This document shows, piece after piece, positions 1 to 9,762 of a stretch of 24,383 nt of DNA. How positions within the stretch are numbered: position 1 is the first letter of the stretch; each line of letters begins with the position of its first letter. A model generated the notes under the pieces. It saw only the letters and a program-made list of their open reading frames with translations. It did no database searches and was not told the origin of the DNA. The DNA comes from a virus, in the IMG/VR virus record IMGVR_UViG_3300025109_000064. The stretch is one strand, 5' to 3'. Made by a program: the position numbers and the translations under genes.

Positions 1-2
1 AT

Positions 3-476
3 AAAAACTTACCTATTAATTGGAAACTAATAGCAGCTGGTCTTGCAGCAACAACAGGAGGTGGCGGTGAGACTTTTGGTGAAACAGGTACTCGTATGAT
101 GCAAGCATATCACGGAGAAGAAGTAGCTCAAGCCGGAGCTAGACAAGCTGAAGCAGATGTTATAGCAAAATTAGCACAAGCTAGAGGATTTGATGCAGCT
201 AGTATGTCTCCTTTATTCACTTTGATGGCAGCTATGGAAAAATCTAAATCAGAAGCTCAAGAAAAAGTATTAGATAGAAGATTAAAAACAAACTTAGGAG
301 TTTTAGACTATTTTGGATCGGAAGTATCTCCATTTACATCTCCTGAAATAGGAGCAGCTAATGTTCAAAAAGGTGCTACTTTAGCAGATCTTCTTCTTAA
401 TCAAAGTGACTTAAGATATCAATTAGGACAGACTAGAAATCCCACTCCCCCCTACACAGCAACACGTAAACCATAA
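3..476 (+). CDS. 5'-truncated Gly/Ala-rich protein, probably a small internal virion (ejection) protein
   Basis: The frame is open from position 3 (KNLPINWKLIAAGLAATTGGGGETFGETGTR) into the ATG at 96, so the gene starts before the window. It lies directly upstream of the giant virion-type gene, as T7 gp14/gp15 lie before gp16. Function is inferred from position and composition only. Confidence 0.5.
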   Translation, partial: KNLPINWKLIAAGLAATTGGGGETFGETGTRMMQAYHGEEVAQAGARQAEADVIAKLAQARGFDAASMSPLFTLMAAMEKSKSEAQEKVLDRRLKTNLGVLDYFGSEVSPFTSPEIGAANVQKGATLADLLLNQSDLRYQLGQTRNPTPPYTATRKP

Positions 477-490
477 TAAGATAATTAATC

Positions 491-3400
491 ATGGCTACAT
501 ACTCGCTTGATTTTAATGATGGTAAAGAACCAACTGACGTAGACGTTCCTGAAGAATTTTCAACAACACAGGAAGATGCTGAGTCATGGATTAATAGTAA
601 TTATATGCCTTATCGGGATGCTGGATTAGCAGTAGCCGAAGAAGACCCCGACCACCCACTATCAGGATTACCTGATTGGGCGGCGCGGGGTTTTTATCGT
701 TTGGCACAGGGCGCTAACATATGGCAGTTACGTCTTGGTTTAGATAATAAAGAAAACGCTGCAGAAGATATAGGACAATATACAGAATTTATTAAAAAGC
801 TTCCATATGATCAGGAGAGTATAGATTTTATGGCTAATATTTCCAAAGCAAATGATGAAAAAGATATTTGGAAATCTTTAGGATTATATTGGGATGCTGT
901 AGCAGCTAAAGGTGGTCTTGGAGCTTTAACAGAAATTGTTGGAGAATCTTTTGCTATGTATACTCCAACGTTAGTAGGTGCTATTGGAACTTCTTTAACT
1001 CCTGCTGGTAAAATAGGTGGTGCGATTGTTACAGGATTAGGAAGTCTTGGTATTGAATTTGGAGATGTAACTGTTCAGTCAATAGATAAGTTTCTTAGAG
1101 AAAAAAGAGGCACAGACATTACTGATAATAAAGCTGTTATAGATATCTTTAGTAATGAAAAACAGATGGAAGAGTTTACTGATTTTGCTCTTAAGCGTGG
1201 TGCTCCAATAGGATTAGCGGATGCTGCATCTTTTGGTCTAGCTGGTAAATTATTTTCTGCTGTTAACAGATCTATTAATATGGGTGAACGAGCACTTAAA
1301 GCAGGTACAGAAGGAGCAAAACAATATAGCAGATTAGCAAAAACAGGAATGTTAGGTGCAGCAGCTGCTACTGAAACTATGGCTATCCAACCATTTATGG
1401 GTGGTTTAGGTGAGTATGCTGCACAGGTTGTAGCTGAAGAGGATAGAAGATGGGGTGATGTATTTGTAGAAGCAAGTGCTGAAATTATTCCGGGTGCTTT
1501 TGAAACTATGCTTGGTGTTGCAGTTATAAATGAAGAACAACGGAAAATCTCAGGTGAAAAAATAGAAGAGGAATTTCTTGATCTTAAAGATTCTAATACT
1601 TTAATTGCAGATGCAATAATAGATGATATAGATAAAACATCAGAAAAAGATGAACCTAATAAAATATTTACTATGTTAGCAAATCCAACTAAATTACAAA
1701 AAATATATTTTACACATTTAGCAGATTCTATAGGAAGAAGTTCTATTTTAGCAGGAGAACCAATCACACCAGAGAGTATACAAAGAGGATCTGGTTTTAA
1801 AAATAAACAAACTGCAAGAATTGTAATGGATAATCTAGTTACTACTGGAGATGTAGTTGCTACGCCTGAAGGTACATATGTTTTTACTGAACAAGCTGAA
1901 AAGAAATATAATGAAGCTCCTATAAAGAGTAATAATAAACAGAGGAAAGCACTTAGAAGACTTGCTACCCCACTACTAGAAGCAGCAGCACCTGCTCGTT
2001 ATGTAATAATGAGAGAATCACCAACTGGATATTCAGTTGCAAGTAAAAATGGTGCAAGATTAGCTTATCCTACAAGAAAAGAAGCTGTAGCTCAAAAGAA
2101 TAGTTTATTAAATAAAGATAAAGACACAGCAAAGAAACAAAAACAGAAACAGAAAAATAAATATAGTGTTGTAAAACTTGAAAAAGGTAGAGATATACAT
2201 CTTCCTACTGGAACAGTTGTAGCTCCTTCTGCTACATTACAAACTTTACTTAAGTCTGCACCAGATATAAAAAATCCTGAAGAATGGAGAACTGTACCAA
2301 ACTCAAATGAATTAGGTGAAAAGATAATGCTGCCAACAGATGTAACTGGTGGTGGTTGGTTTAAATTTAGATATAATACAGAAACTGGTGAGCCAGAATA
2401 TCAGTTCTTATCTCAAAATATTCCTTTACAAGCTGCATTAGTAGAGACATTAACTCCAGAACAAACAAACACTTATAATGGAAACGCTCCAACAAAGAAT
2501 GCTTTAATCAATTTGAATAGCGCATCACTTGATGAAAATTTATCAACCTATTTTAATCCTTTGTTTCTCCATAACGAAAGTGATAAAAACTTTTTTCAAA
2601 ATATGATAAATAAATATAAGTTAGATCCACAAGCGTTGAAAGATGAAAGTAATCAGGTAGCAGCAGTTTTACAATATATAGATAGAATGAGTGCTAGAGC
2701 TGTAGAACGAGTGGTAGAAGAAAAAGAATTATTAGAAAGGGAAGGTGGTGAAGAAACTACGTTTTATAAAGACAAAAACGATGATATTGGTTTTATAGTA
2801 AATGAAGAGATTCTAGAGGAATTAGCTAAAACTGAATTAGCAAAAACTGAAGGTACTTTTGAATCAGTCCCTACCTATAAGAATCCTAACACTGGACAAC
2901 AGTGGGTAAAGATAATAAATAAAGATACAGGTGATGAATATCTAGATAAAGAAAGGTGGGAACGGGCTAAAAAAGATGAGATAAAATTAACAAAAACGGG
3001 AAATCTTTTAGATTGGCCTGTAAATACTAATGGAAAACCTCTTACTCCAATACAGGCACAAGCAGCAATTGATTCCGGTACAGCTAAGTTAAGACCAGTA
3101 ACTTCTGAACGTGGAATTGTAGAGGGTAAAGAACTTGCTATTGGTGGAGATGAGTTACCAATCATAGATTATTATCTTAAACAGATTAAAAACCTTAAAT
3201 TAGGATCTGCCGGATCAAACTCACTTGCAAGTATATTAAGAGAATTTGAAGCATTTGTATTAAGTAAAGGGGAGACGTTTGGTAATGCACCAAATAGACT
3301 TTATCATGAAGGAGTTGGTAGAAATAAAGAAAGATCCCAAATAAATACTGAAACTTTAACAGAATATTTTACAGATCTTGAAAATCGTTTACAGGATAAT

Positions 3401-6400
3401 CAAACACTAAGAAATAAATTCTTTGCTTTAGGAGAGTTTATAGATTGGCTTAGAGAAAGTACTATTCTTGATCCTAATGTAGCAAATCCGATGAGTCAGG
3501 TTTCAGAACCTCCAAGAGGAGATAAATTAGACCCAATAGTAGCTCCTACACCATCAACGTGGAAAATATATGAAGAAGTAAGCACAGAACGGGCAGAAGA
3601 ATATAGAAAAAAATATTACGATAAAGTTAAAAACAATATTGAAGCTAAGATGCAAAAGGGTGACTTTATAAATGATGGAATACTTAAAAAAAATGAAGCT
3701 GGTGAAAAAATAACGTTAGCAGATTTAACACCTGCACAAAAAAATATAATAGAAACTAGATTTAGAGAAGGTCAAGAAGCGTGGGGAAAACCCGGTGCTT
3801 CTGATGACAAATGGTTAGCAAATAAAGAACGAAAAGAATGGTCGGCAGCTGTTCGTAGTGATGTTATGTTGAAACTTCAGTATAGGGCTGCATTACGTGC
3901 TGGAGAAGTGGTATCACTTTATTGGAAACCAACTGTATGGACTAAAAAGAGTGGAAAGAAAGTAACAGACCTTAAAATAGCTGGATTAGAAACAGCGATA
4001 AATAACGGTGAAGAATATATGAGAATGTATCAACCAAAACAAGATACTTTTAAAGATTTTTTCCTAACACAAGATGTTAAAAATATTATTGAATTGTGGG
4101 TAGCCGGTACTTCAGAAAATGTACTTCCAACAGGAGGTCTAATGATATCTCCGAGAGATAGTTCAATACTTGATGTAGAGAGAAAAAAGGATTTAACACC
4201 TGAAGTAAAAGAAAATAATCTTAAGTTTTTATTTCCATCAACTCAGCATAAAAAGAAAACTACAAGTGCGGCTGGAATAACTAGAGAAGGTGGTCATGTT
4301 GCAGAAGAAACTTATCAAAGAGCTTGGAAAGGTGTTCGTTCAGCAAAAAGACAGGATGAACTAGAACCTATTTTAGATAGTCTTTGGGGAAGATTTACTA
4401 AAAGAATGATAGCTAAAAATCTACCAGCACCAGACATGAAAGATTTTCATTCTCATATGGCAAGACATGCTCGTTTAACACATGTTATGAATACTGGTAG
4501 AGTTACTATACAACAACTTATAGGACTAAGTGGTCATGGTGGGATTAGTGGTGTTCAACCTTATATTAAAGGGATAGATAGAAAGAGAGTATTTGCTACT
4601 TTAAAGGAAATAGATCGAGCTAAAATAGCGGAGACATTTGATGAAGAAATAGCAGTAGGAAAAGCAGTAGGAGAAACAGAAAGATTTACTGAAGAACAAA
4701 TTAAAGAGCAAATAAAAGAATCCTTACAAGAGTATGCTATGAGATTAGAAATGGTTTTAGGTTCGGATACAGTTAAAGCAATGAACTTAATTGATAATAA
4801 TGAAGTTCCTGAAAATGTAGCTCGTATGAAATATAATGAATATATGGATTCTAAACGGGGGTACGGAGATTTAATAGTAATACATAAATTTCCTACCAAT
4901 CCACTTGAAATGGGTATGGATCCACATTTACTTGGACAAGTAAACAGAATTATGAGAGACAAGAATGTAAGTATGCCTGAAGCTTTTAAAGAAGTAAATG
5001 AAACATCTCTCACCAATAATATAGCAGAAGCTACAGACTCTGCTACTGAAGAAGCTGAAGGACCACCCAAAGAACCTCCTAAAGAACCACCCAAAGAACC
5101 TCCTAAAGGACCATCGGGTTTTGGTAGAAAAAGAAAACGTGCTGCTCCTGCTGTCGCTAAAACTATTCCTGCAGCTGTTGAAGAAAGATCACTGGAAGAT
5201 ATTTTCTTTGATGAGGAAGGTAGAGAAGAGGGTAGAAGAAGTGAGGGAGAAGATTCAACCGCTGATTTAAATACAATAAATAATATTGATTCAAGAATTA
5301 GTAGACCAGAATATATAGATCCTAACAGTATGAAAACTGATTTGGAAAGTATAGATGATGAACTACTTGACAATCCTGCCATAAGATTCTTGACAGAAGC
5401 AGGTATGATAGATATACATGACGGTAAAAAACGTGCAGAAATAATGGAGGCATATAAAAGAAAAATTCAAGATATTGAAGTAGGAAAAACAGGAAGCATA
5501 GCAAGACTTTTTTTCCTTTTAGGTAGATGGCTTTGGCATCCTACATCATTCATGCAAATGCATCCTGCATCAGTACCTGCTTTAACATTACTAGAACATT
5601 CACGTAGGATGCGTGAGGCTATTCAAGAATTTATATTAAGAGATTCACATAATTATTATAATAGGTTAACTCATGAACAAAGACATAAGATTAGTAATGT
5701 TTCAGTAATTCTAAATAAGCTTTATCCTTTTACTAACACAGATCCTAATTACATACAATTAGAAAGACTTGAAGATGGATCTGCAAGACTTGTATTACCT
5801 ATAGCTCCTGCAACAGAACCAACTTCAAAGAAATATAAAGATAAAGATATAATACAACGAGTATCTGTATTCTCTCAAGAACATCTTGATCGTTTCTATA
5901 AAGTATTAGATGTTCAACCGGGTTCAATAATTGAATTAAGTCCTGAAGAACTTGTTGAATTTGATAACGTACAAGAAGCGTTTAAAAGAGGATATGAAAC
6001 AATGGAGGGGGCGCTTCTGAAAAGTTCTGAACAGACTCATCCTTTATATGGAGAACTACGAATATCTGTAGATGATACAGTTGCATCATCTGTAAGTAAA
6101 GTTAGATACTCTGCTATTGAATATTTAAAAGATGTTAGTAATAGTGAAGAATTTATTAACGAAGGAATAAATAAAGCGATAGCTAATGAAGAAACAATGG
6201 ATCTTGTTTACTTTGATGAGAATGATGAAATAATCGAAGAAAATATTATTATATTAAAAAACGTTGATCAATTTTATAAGCATCTTAATCAAATAATTGT
6301 AGAATTAGAAACTATGAATCAAGCTGGTGATGCGCCATCTAAAAAAATGATGGTAGAACTTGATCGACTGTCTTCAGTTATGGCTGGAATGCTAGATGTA

Positions 6401-8911
6401 GTAAGTGACACTATGAAAGAATCAGTGATAGCTAAGAAATTAAAGATAGCTTCATCACAACTTAAAACATTGATACATATAAGTCAGTCTCAACAGGTTA
6501 GAAATGCACATCGTTACTATGTTCCACAGTTGAGAAAAGGTAAATGGTTCTTTAACGTAATGAGAAAAGCTGATAACACATCAGTACATTATGAAACAAA
6601 TACACCACAATGGGGGGATGCCCTTAAATCAGAAGGTGGTAAAGCTGAACTTGAAAAAAGACGTAATGAAATGTTACAAGAATATTCTTCAGACTTATAT
6701 ACTGTTACTCCTGTAAGAGAACGAACACAAGAACTAATTAAAAAAGAATTAAAACAAAGTGATCTACCACTTATTCATCAAATGGTTGTGGCTTTAGGCT
6801 ATAAAGATGCAAAAGAAATTACAGGATTTGTAAATGAAATACAACAGGAACTAACTACAAAGAGTTTTGGAAGATATTTACGACCAAGAAAAAAAGGAAA
6901 ATTAGGAGATAGAGGAGGAGTCGAAGGATATATAACACCTAATAATAGAGAAAATTATCTTGCTGATCAACTTGCTAAAATGGCAAGAACAACTGCTAAC
7001 GCTGCTTCTAATATGATTTTTCATACACCAATCATGAAAGCTACAGAAGTATTAAGAAGTAAAGAAGGTGGTATACCGCTGGCAGAATATGTAGATAAAC
7101 AACTGGAATATATTTATCGTGATGCCGACGCAGGAGCTATGGTTAAGTCTTTGGCATTTCATTGGGCTATTGGTTTTAATTTTAGTTCAGCTTTAGTGAA
7201 TGCCTCTCAACCATTTATGACAACTATGCCAATATTAAAATCTATAATAGGATTTAATACTGGTGATAGTGCTATGATCGAAGTATTAAAAGGAATACAA
7301 GATGCTGCGACAATTGCTGATCCGTTTAACGCTGGTATAAATAGGTTAGGTTTTGATTTTTCGTCAAAAACATTACCAGATAGATTAAAAGGTGGTAGAA
7401 TAACGCAAGATGAATGGGCCATGCTTCGTAACTTATATCGTAAAGGGATTATTCAAGCTATCATGAACATAGAACTTGGTTCTAATATAACAGAAAATAT
7501 AGGAGCAATTGAATCAAGATTTACTTTTGGTCGTAACGGAACATTAGGACAGGTTGGGGCTAAAGTATTAACAGCCAGTGCTTTTGCATTTGCTTATGTT
7601 GAACAGATAAACCGTATCTCAGCAGCATTGGCTGCATATCGTTTAGCATCACGTTCTACAGATATGTTGAAGAAGTTTAGTGATTTTTCTCAAGTTACTG
7701 AATGGTCATTTGAAGAGATGACACCTGAGAATGCTGCAACTATGGTGGTATTAAAGTCTCAATTTTTAATTACTAAAGAAAATAGGCCACAATTATTTCA
7801 GCATCCTTTAATGAATGTAGCTACACAGTTTATGTCGTTTGTATTACAGTATATAGGTCTTTGGGCGCAATCACTTAGAATAATTATGGGTACTAAGGGA
7901 GGAGGAACTGAAGGTAAGACAGCTGAACAAAGAAAACTTGATAGACGTATAGGAAGTATTTTATTAGGAGGATTAGTTGTAACAACTTTCTTTGCAGGTG
8001 GTGCTATGGGTGCGCCGTGGATGGAGAATGTAAGAGTTATGTTAAAGGAATTAAGTAAGACAGCTAAATTAAATGGTTTTGATCTTGAGTTTGGTATGAG
8101 AGAAGCATTAGCTGAAATGGGATTTGGTGGAACTACCGTTGATATGATTACTCGTGGACCTGCAAGCCATATATTAGGTATAGATGTATCAAAACGGATA
8201 ACAACATCAGAAGTAATTCCATATAATCTTATTACTGGTGATCTGGTAACTGCTTTTGGTCCTGCTGGTGCTTTATTATTTGACGGTATGAGAAGAGCAA
8301 AAGATGCTGCACAAGATATGAGACAAACAGGTATTGGTTTCAATGAACCATCTTTAAAATTTCTTTCTAGTTTTATTCCTATTGGAATAAGAAATGGGAT
8401 GGAAGCTGCTCATAGTATGTATGATCCTAATTTACCAATCAGAACATTAAAAGGACGAGTGATTATGCCGAGTCAAGAAATCGGTAAATTAGAACATATG
8501 GCACGCTTCATTGGATTTACTCCTACTTCTTTACGTCAGAAACGTTTACAAAAACAGTATATAAATTTTCTTGAAGCAAGACCTAAAGCAAAGCAGGATT
8601 ATTATTATAGTCAGATTTCTAAAGTTTTAGCAAGAAGAAATAAAGAACAGGCGGATGGTAATATTAAAGGTGTAGAATCTGCTAATGAAATGATAGAAAG
8701 TTTAATGGAAGATATTAGGGAAATAAATGCAGAAGCTATAGCAGATAAACGACCTGATGTATTTCTTAGAATGGGGAATGAAACTTTACGCAACAGGCTT
8801 ATGGTTGAAATGTTTGGACAAACAGATCCGCGTGTTGCAATGGCATCTGCACGTAAACTTGTAAGAGGTTTTCTACATCCCGATTATTTAGAAAGGTTGG
8901 GATTATTATAA
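491..8911 (+). CDS. Giant (2806 aa) internal virion / DNA-ejection-like polyvalent protein with an embedded tyrosine recombinase domain
   Basis: Uninterrupted 8.4-kb ORF. It has a Gly/Ala-rich hydrophobic N-terminal region, a PLxRFG-like motif (YYVPQLRKGKWFF, ~6515-6553) and a helical C-terminal region typical of podovirus gp16-like/large polyvalent proteins (e.g. SQFLITKENRPQLFQHPLMNVATQFMSF followed by a hydrophobic segment). A Xer-like domain lies at ~3161-4620. Confidence 0.75.
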   Translation: MATYSLDFNDGKEPTDVDVPEEFSTTQEDAESWINSNYMPYRDAGLAVAEEDPDHPLSGLPDWAARGFYRLAQGANIWQLRLGLDNKENAAEDIGQYTEFIKKLPYDQESIDFMANISKANDEKDIWKSLGLYWDAVAAKGGLGALTEIVGESFAMYTPTLVGAIGTSLTPAGKIGGAIVTGLGSLGIEFGDVTVQSIDKFLREKRGTDITDNKAVIDIFSNEKQMEEFTDFALKRGAPIGLADAASFGLAGKLFSAVNRSINMGERALKAGTEGAKQYSRLAKTGMLGAAAATETMAIQPFMGGLGEYAAQVVAEEDRRWGDVFVEASAEIIPGAFETMLGVAVINEEQRKISGEKIEEEFLDLKDSNTLIADAIIDDIDKTSEKDEPNKIFTMLANPTKLQKIYFTHLADSIGRSSILAGEPITPESIQRGSGFKNKQTARIVMDNLVTTGDVVATPEGTYVFTEQAEKKYNEAPIKSNNKQRKALRRLATPLLEAAAPARYVIMRESPTGYSVASKNGARLAYPTRKEAVAQKNSLLNKDKDTAKKQKQKQKNKYSVVKLEKGRDIHLPTGTVVAPSATLQTLLKSAPDIKNPEEWRTVPNSNELGEKIMLPTDVTGGGWFKFRYNTETGEPEYQFLSQNIPLQAALVETLTPEQTNTYNGNAPTKNALINLNSASLDENLSTYFNPLFLHNESDKNFFQNMINKYKLDPQALKDESNQVAAVLQYIDRMSARAVERVVEEKELLEREGGEETTFYKDKNDDIGFIVNEEILEELAKTELAKTEGTFESVPTYKNPNTGQQWVKIINKDTGDEYLDKERWERAKKDEIKLTKTGNLLDWPVNTNGKPLTPIQAQAAIDSGTAKLRPVTSERGIVEGKELAIGGDELPIIDYYLKQIKNLKLGSAGSNSLASILREFEAFVLSKGETFGNAPNRLYHEGVGRNKERSQINTETLTEYFTDLENRLQDNQTLRNKFFALGEFIDWLRESTILDPNVANPMSQVSEPPRGDKLDPIVAPTPSTWKIYEEVSTERAEEYRKKYYDKVKNNIEAKMQKGDFINDGILKKNEAGEKITLADLTPAQKNIIETRFREGQEAWGKPGASDDKWLANKERKEWSAAVRSDVMLKLQYRAALRAGEVVSLYWKPTVWTKKSGKKVTDLKIAGLETAINNGEEYMRMYQPKQDTFKDFFLTQDVKNIIELWVAGTSENVLPTGGLMISPRDSSILDVERKKDLTPEVKENNLKFLFPSTQHKKKTTSAAGITREGGHVAEETYQRAWKGVRSAKRQDELEPILDSLWGRFTKRMIAKNLPAPDMKDFHSHMARHARLTHVMNTGRVTIQQLIGLSGHGGISGVQPYIKGIDRKRVFATLKEIDRAKIAETFDEEIAVGKAVGETERFTEEQIKEQIKESLQEYAMRLEMVLGSDTVKAMNLIDNNEVPENVARMKYNEYMDSKRGYGDLIVIHKFPTNPLEMGMDPHLLGQVNRIMRDKNVSMPEAFKEVNETSLTNNIAEATDSATEEAEGPPKEPPKEPPKEPPKGPSGFGRKRKRAAPAVAKTIPAAVEERSLEDIFFDEEGREEGRRSEGEDSTADLNTINNIDSRISRPEYIDPNSMKTDLESIDDELLDNPAIRFLTEAGMIDIHDGKKRAEIMEAYKRKIQDIEVGKTGSIARLFFLLGRWLWHPTSFMQMHPASVPALTLLEHSRRMREAIQEFILRDSHNYYNRLTHEQRHKISNVSVILNKLYPFTNTDPNYIQLERLEDGSARLVLPIAPATEPTSKKYKDKDIIQRVSVFSQEHLDRFYKVLDVQPGSIIELSPEELVEFDNVQEAFKRGYETMEGALLKSSEQTHPLYGELRISVDDTVASSVSKVRYSAIEYLKDVSNSEEFINEGINKAIANEETMDLVYFDENDEIIEENIIILKNVDQFYKHLNQIIVELETMNQAGDAPSKKMMVELDRLSSVMAGMLDVVSDTMKESVIAKKLKIASSQLKTLIHISQSQQVRNAHRYYVPQLRKGKWFFNVMRKADNTSVHYETNTPQWGDALKSEGGKAELEKRRNEMLQEYSSDLYTVTPVRERTQELIKKELKQSDLPLIHQMVVALGYKDAKEITGFVNEIQQELTTKSFGRYLRPRKKGKLGDRGGVEGYITPNNRENYLADQLAKMARTTANAASNMIFHTPIMKATEVLRSKEGGIPLAEYVDKQLEYIYRDADAGAMVKSLAFHWAIGFNFSSALVNASQPFMTTMPILKSIIGFNTGDSAMIEVLKGIQDAATIADPFNAGINRLGFDFSSKTLPDRLKGGRITQDEWAMLRNLYRKGIIQAIMNIELGSNITENIGAIESRFTFGRNGTLGQVGAKVLTASAFAFAYVEQINRISAALAAYRLASRSTDMLKKFSDFSQVTEWSFEEMTPENAATMVVLKSQFLITKENRPQLFQHPLMNVATQFMSFVLQYIGLWAQSLRIIMGTKGGGTEGKTAEQRKLDRRIGSILLGGLVVTTFFAGGAMGAPWMENVRVMLKELSKTAKLNGFDLEFGMREALAEMGFGGTTVDMITRGPASHILGIDVSKRITTSEVIPYNLITGDLVTAFGPAGALLFDGMRRAKDAAQDMRQTGIGFNEPSLKFLSSFIPIGIRNGMEAAHSMYDPNLPIRTLKGRVIMPSQEIGKLEHMARFIGFTPTSLRQKRLQKQYINFLEARPKAKQDYYYSQISKVLARRNKEQADGNIKGVESANEMIESLMEDIREINAEAIADKRPDVFLRMGNETLRNRLMVEMFGQTDPRVAMASARKLVRGFLHPDYLERLGLL
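3161..4620 (+). other. XerC/XerD/Int-family tyrosine recombinase domain (core-binding + catalytic) inside the giant protein, aa ~891-1375
   Basis: Core-binding signature INTETLTEYFTDL..QTLRNKFFALGEFIDWL..NPMSQVSEPP. Box I is LKLQYRAALRAGEVVSLYW (R1136). Hairpin Lys is in MYQPKQD (K1183). Box II is FHSHMARHARLTHVMNTGRVTIQQLIGLSGHGGISGVQPY (H1322, R1325, H1349, Y1358). The H-to-Y spacing of 9 matches XerD H270/Y279. Confidence 0.88.
5063..5107 (+). repeat. In-frame 12/24-bp tandem repeat encoding (PPKE)3-PPK, a proline-rich linker
   Basis: CCACCCAAAGAACCTCCTAAAGAA is followed by CCACCCAAAGAACCTCCTAAA; the protein reads EGPPKEPPKEPPKEPPKGP. Confidence 0.9.
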
Positions 8912-8957
8912 ATAGTTTCTATTGTATATATACTAAAACTATTTTAAAGTATACACG

Positions 8958-8986
8958 TTGACATTAATATTTTTAACTACTATATA
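8958..8986 (+). promoter_or_regulatory. Putative sigma70 promoter ahead of the glycosyltransferase genes
   Basis: Perfect TTGACA (8958-8963), 17-bp spacer, TATATA (8981-8986; 4/6 match to TATAAT); the ATG is at 8998. Confidence 0.5.
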
Positions 8987-8997
8987 AGATATATAAC

Positions 8998-9762
8998 ATG
9001 ACTACTCAGAAGAACCACATCTTTATAGGGTGGGACAACCGCGTAGCTCTATCATCTGTTGTTGCAAAGTACAGTATCTCACTCCATAACGATGATTGTT
9101 CTATCCAGTTCCTTAATCGCAGGAACTTACAAACCCAACATCTATATTACAGAAAGGCTTTCTTATCTGAAACCGGTCAATACTTTGACACACTAGATAG
9201 TAAGCCTTTTTCTACAGAGTTTTCTTTCTCACGTTTTCTTGTTCCGGAACTATGTAAACTCCAACAGAAGGAAGGGTGGGCCATGTTTGTAGATGGTGAC
9301 TTTCTTTTTCTGGATGATGTGTCGAAATTATTTTCTTTGGTAGATAAGAAGTATGCTGTAATGTGTGTTAAGTTTAACTGGGTACCCCCAAAGGAAGAAC
9401 GTTATAAACTTGATGGAATCATACAGACACGCTACAGTAAAAAGCTTTGGTCTTCGTTGATGTTGTTTAATCTACAGCATCCGGATGTTATGCGTCTTAA
9501 TAAGACTGTCGTTAATGATTCGACGGGTTCGTTTCTTCATAAGTTCAGGTGGACCACCAAAGAAAATGTTGGAGGACTACCACCTGAATGGAACTACGTT
9601 CCGGATATAACCAGTAAGTCTATAGAGCCTAAAGCTATTCACTATACCAAAGGTGGACCGTGGTTTGAAGAATACCGGAACTGTCCGTATAGTGATATCT
9701 GGATAGAATACATGCATAAAATGCCTAAGAATTTTTTAACCAATAATTTATTGGATCAATGA
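8998..9762 (+). CDS. GT-A fold glycosyltransferase, CDI-like (GT8-related) family, paralogue 1
   Basis: Motifs IFIGWD, STEFSFSRFLVP, GWAMFVDGDF (DxD), KYAVMCVK, KKLWSSLMLFN, FLHKFRW, WNY and IHYTKGGPWF match the plant CDI/phage nucleotide-diphospho-sugar transferase family as I recall it. Confidence 0.85.
   Translation: MTTQKNHIFIGWDNRVALSSVVAKYSISLHNDDCSIQFLNRRNLQTQHLYYRKAFLSETGQYFDTLDSKPFSTEFSFSRFLVPELCKLQQKEGWAMFVDGDFLFLDDVSKLFSLVDKKYAVMCVKFNWVPPKEERYKLDGIIQTRYSKKLWSSLMLFNLQHPDVMRLNKTVVNDSTGSFLHKFRWTTKENVGGLPPEWNYVPDITSKSIEPKAIHYTKGGPWFEEYRNCPYSDIWIEYMHKMPKNFLTNNLLDQ

Noticed and set aside
3161-4620. Idea that the recombinase is an inserted mobile element, intein or a protelomerase
   Set aside because: No stop, frameshift, flanking repeats or intein splice motifs (C/S start, HN-C/S/T end) seen; the HxxR..GH..Y box is Xer/Int-like rather than the K/R-substituted protelomerase pattern.
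1075-8793. Minus-strand ORFs within the giant gene (e.g. 1075-1767, 4561-5382, 7798-8343)
   Set aside because: Ser/Ile/Leu-rich antisense shadows of a strongly biased coding strand; no motifs or RBS.
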